A stretch of 63,167 bases of DNA, filler included, from Choristocarpus tenellus KU-1152 (taxonomy: Eukaryota > Protista > Phaeophyceae), in NCBI GenBank assembly GCA_964200185.2. It is 9 parts of 9 records of this genome, joined end to end, with 100 filler letters (N's around TTAATTAATTAA, not from the genome) between each part and the next. Parts side by side here need not be neighbours in the genome. Positions count along the whole stretch, not along the records: positions 22,496 to 26,688 come from CAXNAD020015755.1; positions 26,789 to 31,179 come from CAXNAD020014774.1; positions 31,280 to 36,534 come from CAXNAD020011343.1; 6 more parts are not named here. The stretch is one strand, 5' to 3'. Within the stretch, counting starts at the first letter, position 1; every line of letters begins with the position of its first letter. The notes beneath the pieces were generated by a model. It had not been told where the DNA came from and ran no database searches. It saw only the letters and a list, made by a program, of their open reading frames with translations. Made by a program: the position numbers and the translations under genes. This document shows, piece after piece, positions 22,396 through 35,700 of this stretch.

Positions 22396-22608
22396 NNNNN
22401 NNNNNNNNNNNNNNNNNNNNNNNNNNNNNNNNNNNNNNNTTAATTAATTAANNNNNNNNNNNNNNNNNNNNNNNNNNNNNNNNNNNNNNNNNNNNAAATA
22501 AATAATCAAGGAGTACAAATATATCAAATCTAGAACTTCAATGTCATAATGGCGTTTATGAAACTGCCATCAAGACATATCGCCTGTAACACTTCGGGAG
22601 AGGAAGTA

Positions 22609-22993
22609 GAGGGACAGTGTTAATGGACCTGCAGCAGCCCAGCGTGTCAGGCAGGAGAAGTGTAGGGAGGAGGAGGAGGATATCCAGAGATACATCCTCC
22701 TGGAACCGTCACTAAGGGCTGTGCCTGATTTAGATGAGAGGGAAACGCTATATGGTTGTGCGAAGGGCAGGGGACTGTTCTTCAGATGGGACGATCGGTG
22801 GATGCGAGGGACTGTGACCAAGTACCAACCTCACTACACGATGAGAGTTGGAGAGGAGCGAATCAGCTACCCCTACGAGGTTAAATGAGAGAATGACGAG
22901 TTGCGTAATATCCAGCTTCTTCCAGAACGATACAGTTCAGAACAAGACGCTCCCGCGCGGGCCTGGTTCTGGACAAGTCTCACATTGCCGTAA
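22609..22993 (+). pseudogene. Decayed ORF with an aromatic, Tudor-like C-terminal domain (possibly TE-derived)
   Basis: ...GRGLFFRWDDRWMRGTVTKYQ...YPYEVK*ENDELRNIQLLPERYSSEQDAPARAWFW..., with one in-frame TGA where Trp would fit. Confidence 0.35.
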
Positions 22994-24504
22994 CGCTAGG
23001 AGAGACACGACTTTCAGGAGCTACCTAAGACGTTTCTATCCAGGAGACACCCTGTCCTGCAACAATGCAGTACATGCCTCCACGGACATTGTACGTTGGA
23101 GAGGTCGGATTTCGTTAAACGCAAGTGAATTCTTACATTTTTTTCATTGGAAATAAAATATTAGACCATCGTGAAAATGTACACAGAATATTGGGGGAAT
23201 GATGTTTCCTGCCATTCTTCTCTTGTACTTACTGATACCGTTCTTGATGCACCCTTGAATTCATGGAACCGAGACATCAGATCTAAGATTTCTTTGCGTT
23301 GCTCCGTTAAATGGTTCATTCTTAGTTGGCGAATTCTCACCTGTTTGAGCTGGTAGCCAGTCATCTTCACCACCGGTTGTTACTCCACCCTCTCCCTCGA
23401 ATCTTATGCTAGATCTACCTCAACTTTGCTACCTCAATCGATACATATACACAAATAGTAGCACTAGCTATCTGAAGACACAATACAGTGGAGATAACCA
23501 ACTAGCAACTTTTGTCACACCTCCTATCTCTTCCCTTACATGTTTAGAGCACTTTTTTGTCCATAAAGAAAATGTCTCAATAAAGAGAATGTCTGGCATC
23601 GAAGGGGTTTGAACTCATGAATTATTCGCCGTTAGTACCTGTAAACCAACTAATTCCTGTCCATCCATCCATCCATCCATCTTCTGTCTGTATGTCTGTC
23701 TGTCTGTCCGTATGCCTGTCTTCATGTCTGTCCCAAGTCAGTCCATGTCTGTCCATATCTGTCTGTGCGATATCACTACTACGGGCTCTCTTACCCACGT
23801 ACCACAAAAACCAGATACGTACGTGCCAGCATCAGTCTAGATATTTTTAGTATAGATCGCATGTGGCACAGATTTCAACACAACAAAGGTCCTGACTTCA
23901 ACAGCATAAACTTCCTCGTGCTCGAAGACACAATGACGTGCACCACGCTCCCTCCTCTCCTCACCTGTCTAACCGACCTCCGACCCCTGAGGGGTGCAGC
24001 CCCTCGTCTATTTTCCGAGAAGCAGGAAACAAAATGGATTCATACCTTTATTTTTTCACTTCTTGGTTTGAAAATATAACGAATCTAGAGATGGCTACTC
24101 ATACTGAACTTTTTGTTTTTGTGAAGCTGCAAAGCAAAGTACCCTGATCCTGAGTTCATTATTATTTTCTTCGGTCATACTACTTGGTAATGAGTCCTTC
24201 CTATGCCTCAGTGATTAAGGTGGTGCCTACCGTGAGAATTTTGTCTGTTGTTACAACTATGTAACAGGATATTCTCTGAATTGTGTCGAAATTTTTCATA
24301 CAATGGACAAATCAACATTCTCAAGTAACTTCATAATAGAAATACGGGTGAATTACTGAAGATTTGAAACTTTCTGACTTATAATACACAATGGGTAAAA
24401 CTTGGGTACCTCTCGTTTACTTTAGGTCAAATCTGGTTTCGATTATATTGTTCCATATATAGTAAGTACAACAGATCGAACACCTGTATTATCCTGTCCG
24501 TTGG

Positions 24505-24995
24505 TGCACCACACAAAACACCAGACCGAGATCAAGGTGGAAACTTTGAGGGGGGTGCGAGACAAGATTCAAGGGAGGAGATGAAGCGACGAGTGGTGGG
24601 AGTGCTGAACCCAACGTGCGAGAAGCAAGGCAGGAATGTAGGCAGTACAAGTAGCCGTAGTACAGCGGGTAGTCACTAGCTGGAGTGCAGTGTGTTGTGT
24701 TTCTGACCATGGGACGTGATAGTCCCTACACTAGTGTGCGACAAATGACAATGACGACAAACCCTACCCTTGGTCAGAGTCACTATACGCTGTTGTTGCA
24801 CTACTTCTCACTCTAGCTATCGAAGTACTGGCTGTCTGTTGTACTACACAACTAGTTGTACTGTTCCCGTTCCTGCCTTGCTTCTCGCGCGTTGGGTTCA
24901 GCACCCCTACAGCTCGTCTCTCTTTCTCTTCCCTCGAATCCTCTGCTGGGCGTGTTGAGAGTTTCCACCTTGATCTCGGTTCGGCGTTTTTGTGG
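24505..24995. repeat. Long imperfect inverted repeat (about 210-230-bp arms, about 55-bp loop)
   Basis: ACCGAGATCAAGGTGGAAACT pairs with AGTTTCCACCTTGATCTCGGT, and GTGCTGAACCCAACGTGCGAGAAGCAAGGCAGGAA pairs with TTCCTGCCTTGCTTCTCGCGCGTTGGGTTCAGCAC. Confidence 0.85.
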
Positions 24996-25089
24996 TATAG
25001 AGTCCACAATACATGTGGAATAGTATCAAGACCAGATTTCTGTATAACGAAGTCAAGGTGTCGAAGGGGTACTAACACACGATATTCAA

Positions 25090-25380
25090 ATGGCTAGTCA
25101 CCGCCTTAACATCAGAGCTATGAGGACACTCATCAATGTCACTAATTCTTGTCGTTTGAGGCAAAAAATGTTCCTGAAGTTCGAAAATATAGAACTAGAA
25201 ATGGGCAACTTACTGATGCAAGAGATAATATCTCTACTAGGGCAAAACAAGAAACATGGTACTGTACACGCCGATGAATCACGGACTTATATCCTATTTA
25301 ACGCCCTTGATCAAGATACCTTCCTTCCATGACAAGGAAGGGCTATCGCAACTATTTGTTAGTATATGAAGGAGATGATA
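25090..25380 (+). mobile_element. Possible Ty1/Copia gag relic
   Basis: LRQKMFLKFENIELEMG...TYILFNAL resembles the Copia gag (Retrotran_gag_2) pattern. Degenerate; judged by eye only. Confidence 0.3.
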
Positions 25381-26639
25381 GATATCCCATATCCCTACCC
25401 ATTTTTGCTCATAGCATTGTTTCTTATGTTGTCATGCTTGTCTTCGCTCATTCATATTATAATGTGACTGATTGAAAATGTTTACCAGCAGTGTGAGTGA
25501 ACTCAAGTACGGGAAATACTACCAACGAATCATGCCAAGTACTCTGGAGTAGTATTTCTGCGTCTTGTACGGGTGAACTGATTTCTCTGGCTACCTAAAT
25601 TCAATGGTAAGCTGTAAGAGCTCATTCCTATGGCAACCCACATACTATGGTATACTTGCTACATGTCCGCCAACTCCAAATTTGGGAAATAATTCCCCAC
25701 TTAGGAACGTTGGCGAGTGGAGGGGAGTGCAGATGGTGTTCATTCTAGCAGTGCGAAGTATATAGACCTGAGTGGCACGACTTCCACGCTGTGTGCTTGC
25801 TTACACTTGGTAGGGGATGTCTTCTGTCTTTTCTGCTTGTGATGTGTGGCTTCTTTGTTGTACGCTTCAAAGTAGTAACAGCAATGAGAAGAGAATGTGG
25901 CTGCCCAAAATGCGTAATATGTGCTAAGATAAGAAGTCCATCGTTCCACCAAGCCCCAACACTCCAACACTCCATCAAGCCCCGAATGTAGGATATGCCC
26001 CAAACACCACCCCCCCTCTAAGGTACTGTGGGTCTGTGACATCATTGGTTATACTTCTTTCGTTTTTCACACACACAAACACAAACAAAGAACACAACAC
26101 ACGTATGTATGTAGTATGTACAGACAATAATATGTTAATGAAACAATTTTTTGGGGTTGATACTGCTTGCCAATTGGTACCCTGAGCACTTGAAAGTTTT
26201 GTTTGAGGCACGAAATTATGCAGTCATCAATGGTATGGAGAGCTCTTGGTTTGCTGGTGTGGAGTTAATCCTGGTTTTCTGTTAGATAGCATGTTGAGTG
26301 CAACTTTGATATTGTATAGTAGTACCAAATAAATGATGCACAGTAGGACCCTATCAGCATGATAAAATGTCATGTTCCCAGTAAGATTACGATATCCTGC
26401 CTCCTATGTACATTGTATATAGTCTTCTGTGAGTTGATGTAGTCCGTCAATTTCCAAATGTCAGAAGTAATTATTATGCTGCCAATCAAACAGTATTGAC
26501 ACACGAAGTCATGATTAGCGTAAGGGTTGGGGGTAGAGTATATTTTTTCCCCTTAATAATACATCTTTAGCAAGTCCAAGTTTTCTAATGAACAAGAGGG
26601 GTATATTTGCGTGTCTTTTTACTGTTTTATGCCCAACAC

Positions 26640-26688
26640 GAGCCAAAGTATATTAGAGGGTACAGCCGCGTCCATTTGGGGGCCAAAG
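26640..26688 (+). mobile_element. MITE family A, left end truncated by a linker
   Basis: GAGCCAAAGTATATTAGAGGGTACAGCCGCGTCCATTTGGGGGCCAAA. Confidence 0.85.
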
Positions 26689-26813
26689 NNNNNNNNNNNN
26701 NNNNNNNNNNNNNNNNNNNNNNNNNNNNNNNNTTAATTAATTAANNNNNNNNNNNNNNNNNNNNNNNNNNNNNNNNNNNNNNNNNNNNCCCCCCCCCCTC
26801 GAGAGCTCTTTAG

Positions 26814-29715
26814 GTACATTCGACCAGGTACACGAAAGGGCGTCCTGGCTGCTTTGGGTACAGCTCAACGAAGCGCGGGTCAACCTTTGGGTTTGTTGCT
26901 ATCTGGCGCGACGCCCGGTGAGCGAGACGCGCTGCGTGCGTTCCTGGCAAGAGAGCCGGTGTCAGAGATGTTACCCGAGGAAGTGGCGGTTTGCCGAGCG
27001 CTGCCGATCTTGCCTCTCCATGCGGATGGCTTAGAGCTGGCAATGTCAACCGATTCTGCCGCCACCTCTTCTGCAGCACCCTCTCATGCGCGTGGTGAAT
27101 ACGGCGGCGTGGACAGGGCTGGTTTGAACCCGCCGATTGCTGCAAAGACGTCTGTCGCTGGAGGTGGACAGGGGGTAAAGGGACCGGGCGTTTGTAGTGC
27201 TTATGCTGCTGCCAACGAACGCCAGCTGTTTATTCTGCTGGAGGTCCCTATTGATTCCGCTCTTGGCATCGGTGCGTTCACCACCCACAGTGGCGATGAG
27301 GGGTCGGTACAGGACAGACCGGACCCCCTGAAGGCCCAGGCAACGTCTGCTGTGCCCTGGCGCCAGTTACACCTCCTTACACAAGACTTCGTACGTTTTT
27401 CCGGGACTGGTGGGTCTGGGAACATGGCCGAGGTTGCGCTGGCGGAGCGTCTTGGGGCCCGGAGGCTGGGGCGGGGATCGTTCTTTGTAGACCATGTTTT
27501 TTCTCGCCTGGGGTCGTTTCCCAGTGGTCTGCGCGATTCGGCGATGAGTACTGTGCTGCTGGAGGCTCCTAGTCTTCTGCAGCAAGACCGTCGGTTCCGA
27601 GAATCGTTGGAGGCGTTGGCGTTTGTGCCTGCTGGGGACAAGGTGGGAATTTGGGATGCTTGGTGGGTCCTGTTGTTTGTTTTTTGTTTAACTACTCCGT
27701 ATTGACACATTTTTTGTCCTTTGAGGTTTGGAGGTGGGGAAGAGTGAGGAGATAGGAAGAGGTTATATGTCTTTTGTTTTTGTGAAGAAATTGTTCCAGG
27801 TTCCAGGCCTCATCTTGTCCAGCCGGAGATTCCCTTATTCTTGTATGGATTTACATGTATTTATTGTAGTGGTTGCTCTTGATTGTGGGTTTGATCATGG
27901 AAAGCTGGGAAAGTCTCCGTATGTGTGTATATTCACCACATACGGCACCCACAGGCACCCTGGCAACCTCCCACCCCCCAGAGCCAAGCACGACTTTGTA
28001 ACTATTGTGGTGTTTATTTTCTGGATTGATGTTGTGAATCTTTTCATTGTACTATGTTGTTTGAATTTTACTGTTCTAATTTTACTCTGTGTACTGTTCT
28101 AAATCGTTCGATGAATTGTACCCCAGAGTCGACAACCACAAATCCCTACCCAACCCCTCTACCTACCTACACCCCACGTAGGTGATCCGCCCGCGAGATC
28201 TTTTTGACCCAGAAGTCCCAGAGCTCCCGAATCTCTTGCCTGCTTCCCGATTCCCGAGTGGAGCTTTTGCCCACCCAGACATCCTGGCTGGACTGCGACC
28301 GCTGGGCTTGAAGGGGTCGCTTGGATGGGATGGGATTGTGGAGGCCGCAGTGTTTATTGAAGAGCTTGCTCAGCTTGGCCAAGGACGAGCTGGTGCAGGT
28401 GGGGGCGGAGTTCTGTGGCAGGGGAAGGCGAAGGGGGAAGTGGATGAGGGGAAAAGGAAGCTCGAGGCTGCTTCCGCGAGGGGGAGGGCGCTGTTGACAT
28501 ACATGGACACGCACGAGGATCGCCTGTTTTCTTTGAGAAAAAATCGAGGGGGCTTCTTTTCCCGGGTGTCTAAGCTAGTGTACGCTGATAAGGCCGCCGA
28601 AGAGAGGGAGAGGGTGAAGTTGGCGGCCCTGAGTCAGCTGATGACGCTGTCGTGGGTGAGTGAGGAGGTAGAAGGGTTAAACACGGGGAGGTTTTTGTGT
28701 GTTTGAAAGTGTTGTGCGTAGGTGTTGTTGTTGTTTTGAAGTTGAAGTTGGGATTTGTGTATCGAGAGCGGCACTTTCGGTGATGGAGTTTGTTTCTGAT
28801 TTGAACAGGGGTAACTTCCATGAGGTGCTTTTTTTTGGCCCATACACAACATCCCTTTGTGTTGTGAATGTTGAGGTGGCTCTGATGTATTTGGGGGTGT
28901 CTGTCTGTCTCTGGATATTCCTCTTCCGTGGTTGATAGGTTGAAGTTACACAGTGTGTTTCCTGCTGTACCTATACTCTAGCCCCCCTTCCTCTGCCCTC
29001 ATCCCCTGTGTTCAGGTGCCGGTCCTGACTCCTCTTCCCTCCAAGCTGTTGCCAAAGACAGATCAATACGTTGTCCCCCAGAGCCTTGGCAGTGATCGCT
29101 CTGGAGCTACAGTAGCTAGCCCTAGGGTTGTTGCGCCTGGAAGAGTGAGACCCAGGGAAGACATGTGGTTCTCCTCTAAGACTTTCTATGTTCTGGATGC
29201 GGAGGTGAGATGTGGATTAATGTGATTGTGAAGGAGTGCTCTGTGTAATGAGTAACGTTCCCCTGTTTTGCCATCTCCCGCCAGTTGCAGTGTGAACTGC
29301 AGTATTTTCACATGTTCTCAAAGGGTATTTGTGTCTTATTGCCCACTCCAACGGCAGGTGCGCAGCTCTGAGGTCAAGTCAGGGTTTGGGTGGGACCAAC
29401 CCCTGGACCCTGTTGTGGTTGCCAGACAGGTGAGAGACAAGGTGTTTGCCATTGAGCTTGGACCCCACAACCTCCCTTTGACATACGACTTTTCTAAATC
29501 CTCCTGCCATAGGGAGTCAGCTAACCGTTCCAGCTGGGGTTTGATCCCACAACCTCTGATTTTGTCGAATGTTGGTATAGTGGTATCTGTTCCGCCGTGG
29601 CAGATGGTTGAGCATCTGTCTACCCTGGTTGAACATTGGTGTCTCAATGTTTTATATTGTTCAGTTGACATGGGATTGAATGGTAACATAATGCTGAAAT
29701 GAAAATACATACATA

Positions 29716-29749
<34 letters not shown>

Positions 29750-30499
29750 ACAATAGTGTGCACATTTCACACTGGAGTAGTGAATGGTGTGAATCAGGAA
29801 TTTTCCAGATGTTGTTGGTGACCAGCCCCCGAAATGCCCACAATTGATGCAAGTGGGTTGTGGGGCGGAGTGAGTACCTCCTGTTGAGTCGCTGGGGAAT
29901 TGTGATATTGGTTTGTGTATTGAAGGTGTCATACCTCAAACAGTTCACCACGTGTTCAATTATTCCATTCGTCACCAAGACCCTTGCTCCGCCGTAGATG
30001 CCATTTTTTTTTTCTTTTCTACTGGAGTACCTTTAATCTCTTCTGTTGATTTATCCTCATTGTGTTCTTGCGCTTGCAGATCACAGGTATGGCAAAGGCC
30101 TTCCCGCAAGCACGCAACTCCCCACACATGCTCTCTTCAGGCGATGCCAGTGGGGAGGGAGAAGTACAAACAGGACCTCGAGCAGTGCAAGGGGAAGGGG
30201 GGGCTGGTGAGGGGGTGGCAGTCGCCGCAAGCAAGGCAGAGGGGGCAGATGGAGGCAAGGCCAATGAACTCGCTCGGCAGACCATGGCCGGTGTAGTCCC
30301 CCAACTCTACCAGCTGCTCAGCAGTGCAGTTGAGGCAGAGGAAAGAGTGGGAGTCGGTAGAGGGGAAGATGGGGGCAAGGGTGGAGGTGAGGAAGAGGGT
30401 GCAGTTGGGGGAGTTGGTGTGGTTACGAGAGGGATCCAGGAGGCCCTGCATGGTGCACGGTGGCTGTGGGTAGGAGATGACTTTGTGTCTGCTGAGCAG
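26814..30499 (+). CDS. Sacsin-like protein, internal exons (partial)
   Basis: Exons 26814-27642, 28182-28655, 29016-29204, 29358-29429 and 30080-30499 have GT-AG boundaries in consistent phase. Sacsin-repeat motifs include LEALAFVP, RPRDLFDPEVPEL..LL...RFPSGAF...L.GLRPLGL, LSWVPVL and WLWVGDDFVS. Confidence 0.8.
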
Positions 30500-31689
30500 G
30501 TGAGTGGGTTGTTTTGAGTTGTGAAGGAGAAAGCTCTTCAGAGGGCTTGTTTATTGGGGGGGGGTGGGGGAGGGGGAGGGGGAGGGGATTCTTTTGCTTC
30601 CTGTGGTAAATGGATGATGGATGTTGACACTGCTTTGTCAAGTTTTGATCCGGTTTCCCTCTGAGGATCGAAGATGGGTTTCTCTGTATTAAAAACATGT
30701 GTTCATCTGTTCTTATTTGAGGGACAACTTCTGCATTGTGAATGTGAGGGTCTTCGCATGTGGACTTGTGTTGAGACTATGTTTTTGCTGACCCTTGGCA
30801 ACTTTGATCTACTCATTGCAGTTCTGTGGACTTAAGGAAAGTGAATGAATTTATGGGGCAAAGGGTTGAAGATTCAGTAGGAAACTTGGGGAATGAGATA
30901 GGTGTCACCAGAGGAATATACATCGGGTTGTTTGTTTGAAGGTGCAGTCAATATCAATGCTGCAACACTTTGATATCCCACACATATTTTGGGGTACAGG
31001 TGGTAGTACTCTATGTAACAAGGTGTACAGAACCCAACCTCTTATCAACAACTCACCTCATGTGGTGCACACAACTCTCCACTCTTGCTCACCCAGTGAT
31101 CCCTCATGATCTTCAACCCAAGTGTCTAGATGATACTTTCAAGGCCCCCTTGTACTTCACCCTGAGCCCCCCCCCCCCCNNNNNNNNNNNNNNNNNNNNN
31201 NNNNNNNNNNNNNNNNNNNNNNNTTAATTAATTAANNNNNNNNNNNNNNNNNNNNNNNNNNNNNNNNNNNNNNNNNNNNCCCCTCACAAACCACCCCCCC
31301 CCCAAGATACTTTGACCCCTTGGCATCATTATGGTCTTGTGTATTTTGTTCGGCCAATCAACCAATCTTGGGTAAAGTAGTCCAAGTCCCTGAAGCCACA
31401 AGTCTGGAGAGGTCGGACTTACGTATGATTTTCGTATTGTGAATATGAAATTTTGAAAGCACTTTCACTTGAATGTGCTAAGTTTTTGACAGCAAGGTTG
31501 TGCTATAACAATAAGAGAACGTAGTTAGGACTCATAGAGGGGAAGGGGGCAAGGGTTGAGTGCATCAACAACCCTTCCACCCAATTTTTACCTACAAATG
31601 CTGTCAACTTTACCATAAGCTTTGCAGTGACCTGGCGTGTGGGTGCTTCTAGTGATGACTGTGCGATGGGCATAGAGAGATTCATTAAT

Positions 31690-31945
31690 GAGTGAAAGTA
31701 CCTTAGAGGGTACGAGTTTTGCCCTGTTGTCCGTTTAGGGTCTGACTTCCCACGGATGTATAATTAGATCTTACCTAACTCTGAAATGTTTTAGAGTAGG
31801 TAAAATGTATACCTTATGAAAAAGTGTCCAGAAAAAGGATACTCACACTTCTTAACTAACACTATAGTCAAAATTACATAAATATCACAACATTAGATTT
31901 TGACCCCAAATGGACACGACTCTACCCTCTAAGATACTTTGACTC
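31690..31945 (-). mobile_element. MITE family A (reverse orientation)
   Basis: GAGTGAAAGTACCTTAGAGGGT ... ACCCTCTAAGATACTTTGACTC. Confidence 0.88.
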
Positions 31946-32556
31946 TGTTGCCAACTCTGTCTTATCCGACAGACCTGTCCCTCGATCTGTTGCTCCTTGC
32001 TACTCTTCACTTGTGTCTTATTGAACCTCCGAAAGACAATGTCTTAAAAATTGGGAGCTCAAACCTTCCCACTAGGATGTTTCAAGGCACGTTGCATGTG
32101 GTGTATATGTTCATTCAGGATTCAAAGCACTGGTTGCACTAACTGCTGAATAGGGAATAGGGGCACAAGGCAAGGAAGGCGAAGTTGGGATTTTTGTTCT
32201 TCATTACTTTCCATGAACTGGGCGCCCACGAGCAATAGATCACTTCTTAGTGTTGTCTATTTGCAGAACCTTAGGGGTTGCATAAGGTGGGCACTGTCTA
32301 ATTCTAATGATCACAATAGACTAAGTACATATGTTTTGAAGTATTGGATGGGACCAGCACCAAGACATCAACAACTGCCTGCGATGTACCAAAAAATATG
32401 CTTTGGATACATCATACCCTGATACTAAGTTCTTTTCACACTCAAATATGGTGGAATATACTGATAAAATTACAGTGTTACTGGTGCTACCTGTATCAAG
32501 GTATACTCCTTACGCATCAACTATTACCTGAACAGCCCTCCCTCGTTCTGTAAGCA

Positions 32557-32602
<46 letters not shown>

Positions 32603-32721
32603 TTGGATGGAGTAAATGTGTGAGGTAAGTTGAAGTTTTTTAACTGGCAGTATGGTTTGAAATCTGATGAACTCTGAACCTTAATGTAGCACGTGGCATG
32701 TTCCTCTTAGATATATCATTC

Positions 32722-35700
32722 CTACGCAGAATGGGTTTGCTCATCCACAACCCTCAGCAAAAGCTCCACTAGAGCCACTATGACAAAGCCAGGATGCAGT
32801 GTTACAGTACTATGAGTGGTCACCACTCTACCTGTGCTGAATGCATTATTTCTATCGGAGCATCCTTGTGCGTGGTCACATACGTCCCCTTCAGTGCAAT
32901 TTCTCCCTTCCAATGTCCTGGAAGAACCGCTGTGTAGAAATACCACTTGGCCTGGACCAGGATCAGATATAAGCCTTCTATCTCTTGAGGATTGTGAGGC
33001 GGGACTCATCACACCAGCTAAGAACATGTTGCCAAGGGGTGGTGAAGATACAACGGTGCCAGACAGACTGCGTTCTTCTGAAAGTGATCGATTGCAATGA
33101 ACGAGCTCACAATCTGGTTTTTCCTTGTCCTTTGCTGACAGCATCCGCTCGCCACGCTCGCACAGGAATGACATCACTGCTGCAATGCAGAGACCATCCA
33201 CAAACTCAAAGGTGAACGGAATGATCAATAGTGGCATCACCACAGCCAGGCTGTGTGGGAGATACGAGAGATCCACGCTCTTGATGCTGAAAAAGAACCT
33301 AGTGGGTTACAGACAGCATCCATGTGGCGAAGCTGTCAAGTGCAGTTGATATAATGCCTTGTTTCTTCTTGTTTAGCATGGAATAATTATTTCCTCAATG
33401 AAACAATCAACTCTAGGTTGAACTCCGCCTACACTGTACCTACACGGCACTCACGACACCAAGTGATGGAGGAAGGTGTAATGAGCACCTTTTACATCTA
33501 GTCTGTACCAATTCACTAGGATTAAAAGAGCCAGAATAAATAGAGAGGAAGGCAGGTTTGGATCCTTCTACACTCTCAAGATCTTTTTCTGCCCTCTGCA
33601 ATAGACTTACTTTATTTCGTTGATTTATGCACACAATGGTGTACGCAAAATTGGCAATTCCCCCTTTCTACAAAGTGACACCACAATTCAGTAAACACTC
33701 TTTCTGCAATTGCATCATTTTGATCTTTTCTCGAGATCCTTAAAATTCAACCCTACCTACCTCTCATTTAGTTGGAGTCGAAGTAAAATTACTTCACGAC
33801 GTAACATTTGAAATGAAGGCCAACACTGATGTAGGACACGTTACATAAACACAGTGGGAATCCTGAAATATTCCTTGTTCACGCCAAGAAAAGCGAAGGT
33901 ATGTGATCCATATAACACAACTTAGGAGTGCAGGAACATCCACCAAAAACTCCCGGGCAGGACTCTGGTGAATATAGTCAAATAATCTGTGACCACTCTT
34001 CTGCTTCTCGCATGTGAGCCAAAGTATCTTAGAGGGTAGAGCCGCGTCCATTTCGGGGTCAAATTCGAATGTTCCGATTTTGATGTAATTTTGACTATCA
34101 TGTTTTTGAGGAAGTGTCAATATCCTTGTTCCGGATACATCTTTTCATCACGTGCAAATTTTACATACTCCGAAACATATCGGAGTAGGAAAAAATAATA
34201 AAACACCTGTGGAAAGTCAAGTCCCATATGGACAAACAGGGCAAAAATCGTACCCTCTAAGATACTTTCACTCATGTTCAGTGTCTGTTTGTCATTGCTA
34301 TACCACACCTGATGGAGAGGATGATAGCAAGAGCTCCTGTAACATGCCCTGGAGCAAGGACAACATGTAGTGGCCATATAAGCATGCTCACCAAGAAAAA
34401 GACTCCTGCAACAACTGAGGCAAGTCCAGTGCGTGCACCTGCAAAAACAGGTACCATTGTCTGTACCAAGGCTGCTTGAGTGGTAACTCCTAGAATATTG
34501 CCCACCATTGACATTATGGGAATAAGCGTTCCCATAAGCCGGAACTTGCAGGGTGATAGCAAGGAGAAGGGGGAAACATCAGGCTTATGCATCGGGTGGA
34601 AGCTCAAACTATTGCAAATGTGTGCACCAGGAGTTGGGTATGAAACAGGTGACTTCCCCCCCCATGTTGCCACCAACAGTGAACGTATCTTAGAGGGTAC
34701 GAGTTTTGCCCTGTTTGTCCATTTGGGGTTTGGCTTCCAAGAGGGGTTTTTATGCCATTTTCCTACTCCAAACTATTTCGGAGTAGGTAAAATGTATACC
34801 TTATGAAAAGGTGTGTCTGGAACAAGGATATTGATGCTTCCCAACAAACATGATAGCCAAAAATACATCAAAATCGCAAGATTGGATTGTGGCCCCCAAA
34901 TGGACGCGGATCTACCCTCTAAGATACTTTGGTTCAAATACGGAAAATTCTTGATCGCTGCCTTTTGACAATTTGGGTGTCAGCAGACAACATGACGATA
35001 TCATGTTGGCCTATGGACACATAATGTGCTTGCTGTTCGTGGTAAATGTGTGCCAAAATTACATTGATGTTCTTTTACGCAGTGATACCATACCGCTAAC
35101 AAAACCGCAATTGTATTTCATGCCCTGACTAGGGGCAAATATTCACTAGACTGATAGCAAATTCATATTTGAATATTTCGTCGTCTTCAACACTTGTGTA
35201 TACATATAACGCACTTCGATGTATTCCACTACAGTGAGCAATATGGCAACATGCAAGTAATTTGAACGATGAGTTTGTTCTGTTCTTGATCGAGAGCAAT
35301 CCAAGCACTCCAATGTTGGGCAGCGTTACCAGAGAAATTCTGCACTTTCGTAGTACATGTATATCTGGGTTAGGGGTCTCAAGCAGTATGCGCAAAAGAA
35401 TGGTAGGAGGTTTACCAGAGATAAAAAAGAACGAACGAAAAAAGCAGAACACACCTTTTTGGAAACGCCAACAACTCCATGGACGTCAGTGTCAGTCACG
35501 TCCTTGAAAATCTTCCGCATGTCCTTACAACAAAGAAGGTACAGATAAACAGCAGGGGGACAAGTTGTGGATGGTACTCCAAATTGTTTTGAATTTTCCT
35601 AGAAAGATTAAACCTCAAAACTGACACAAAAATCATTCGGTGAAAACAAGGATCCCTTTTGTATTGCGACCGATTTTGACACAACATTTATGGTACAAAG

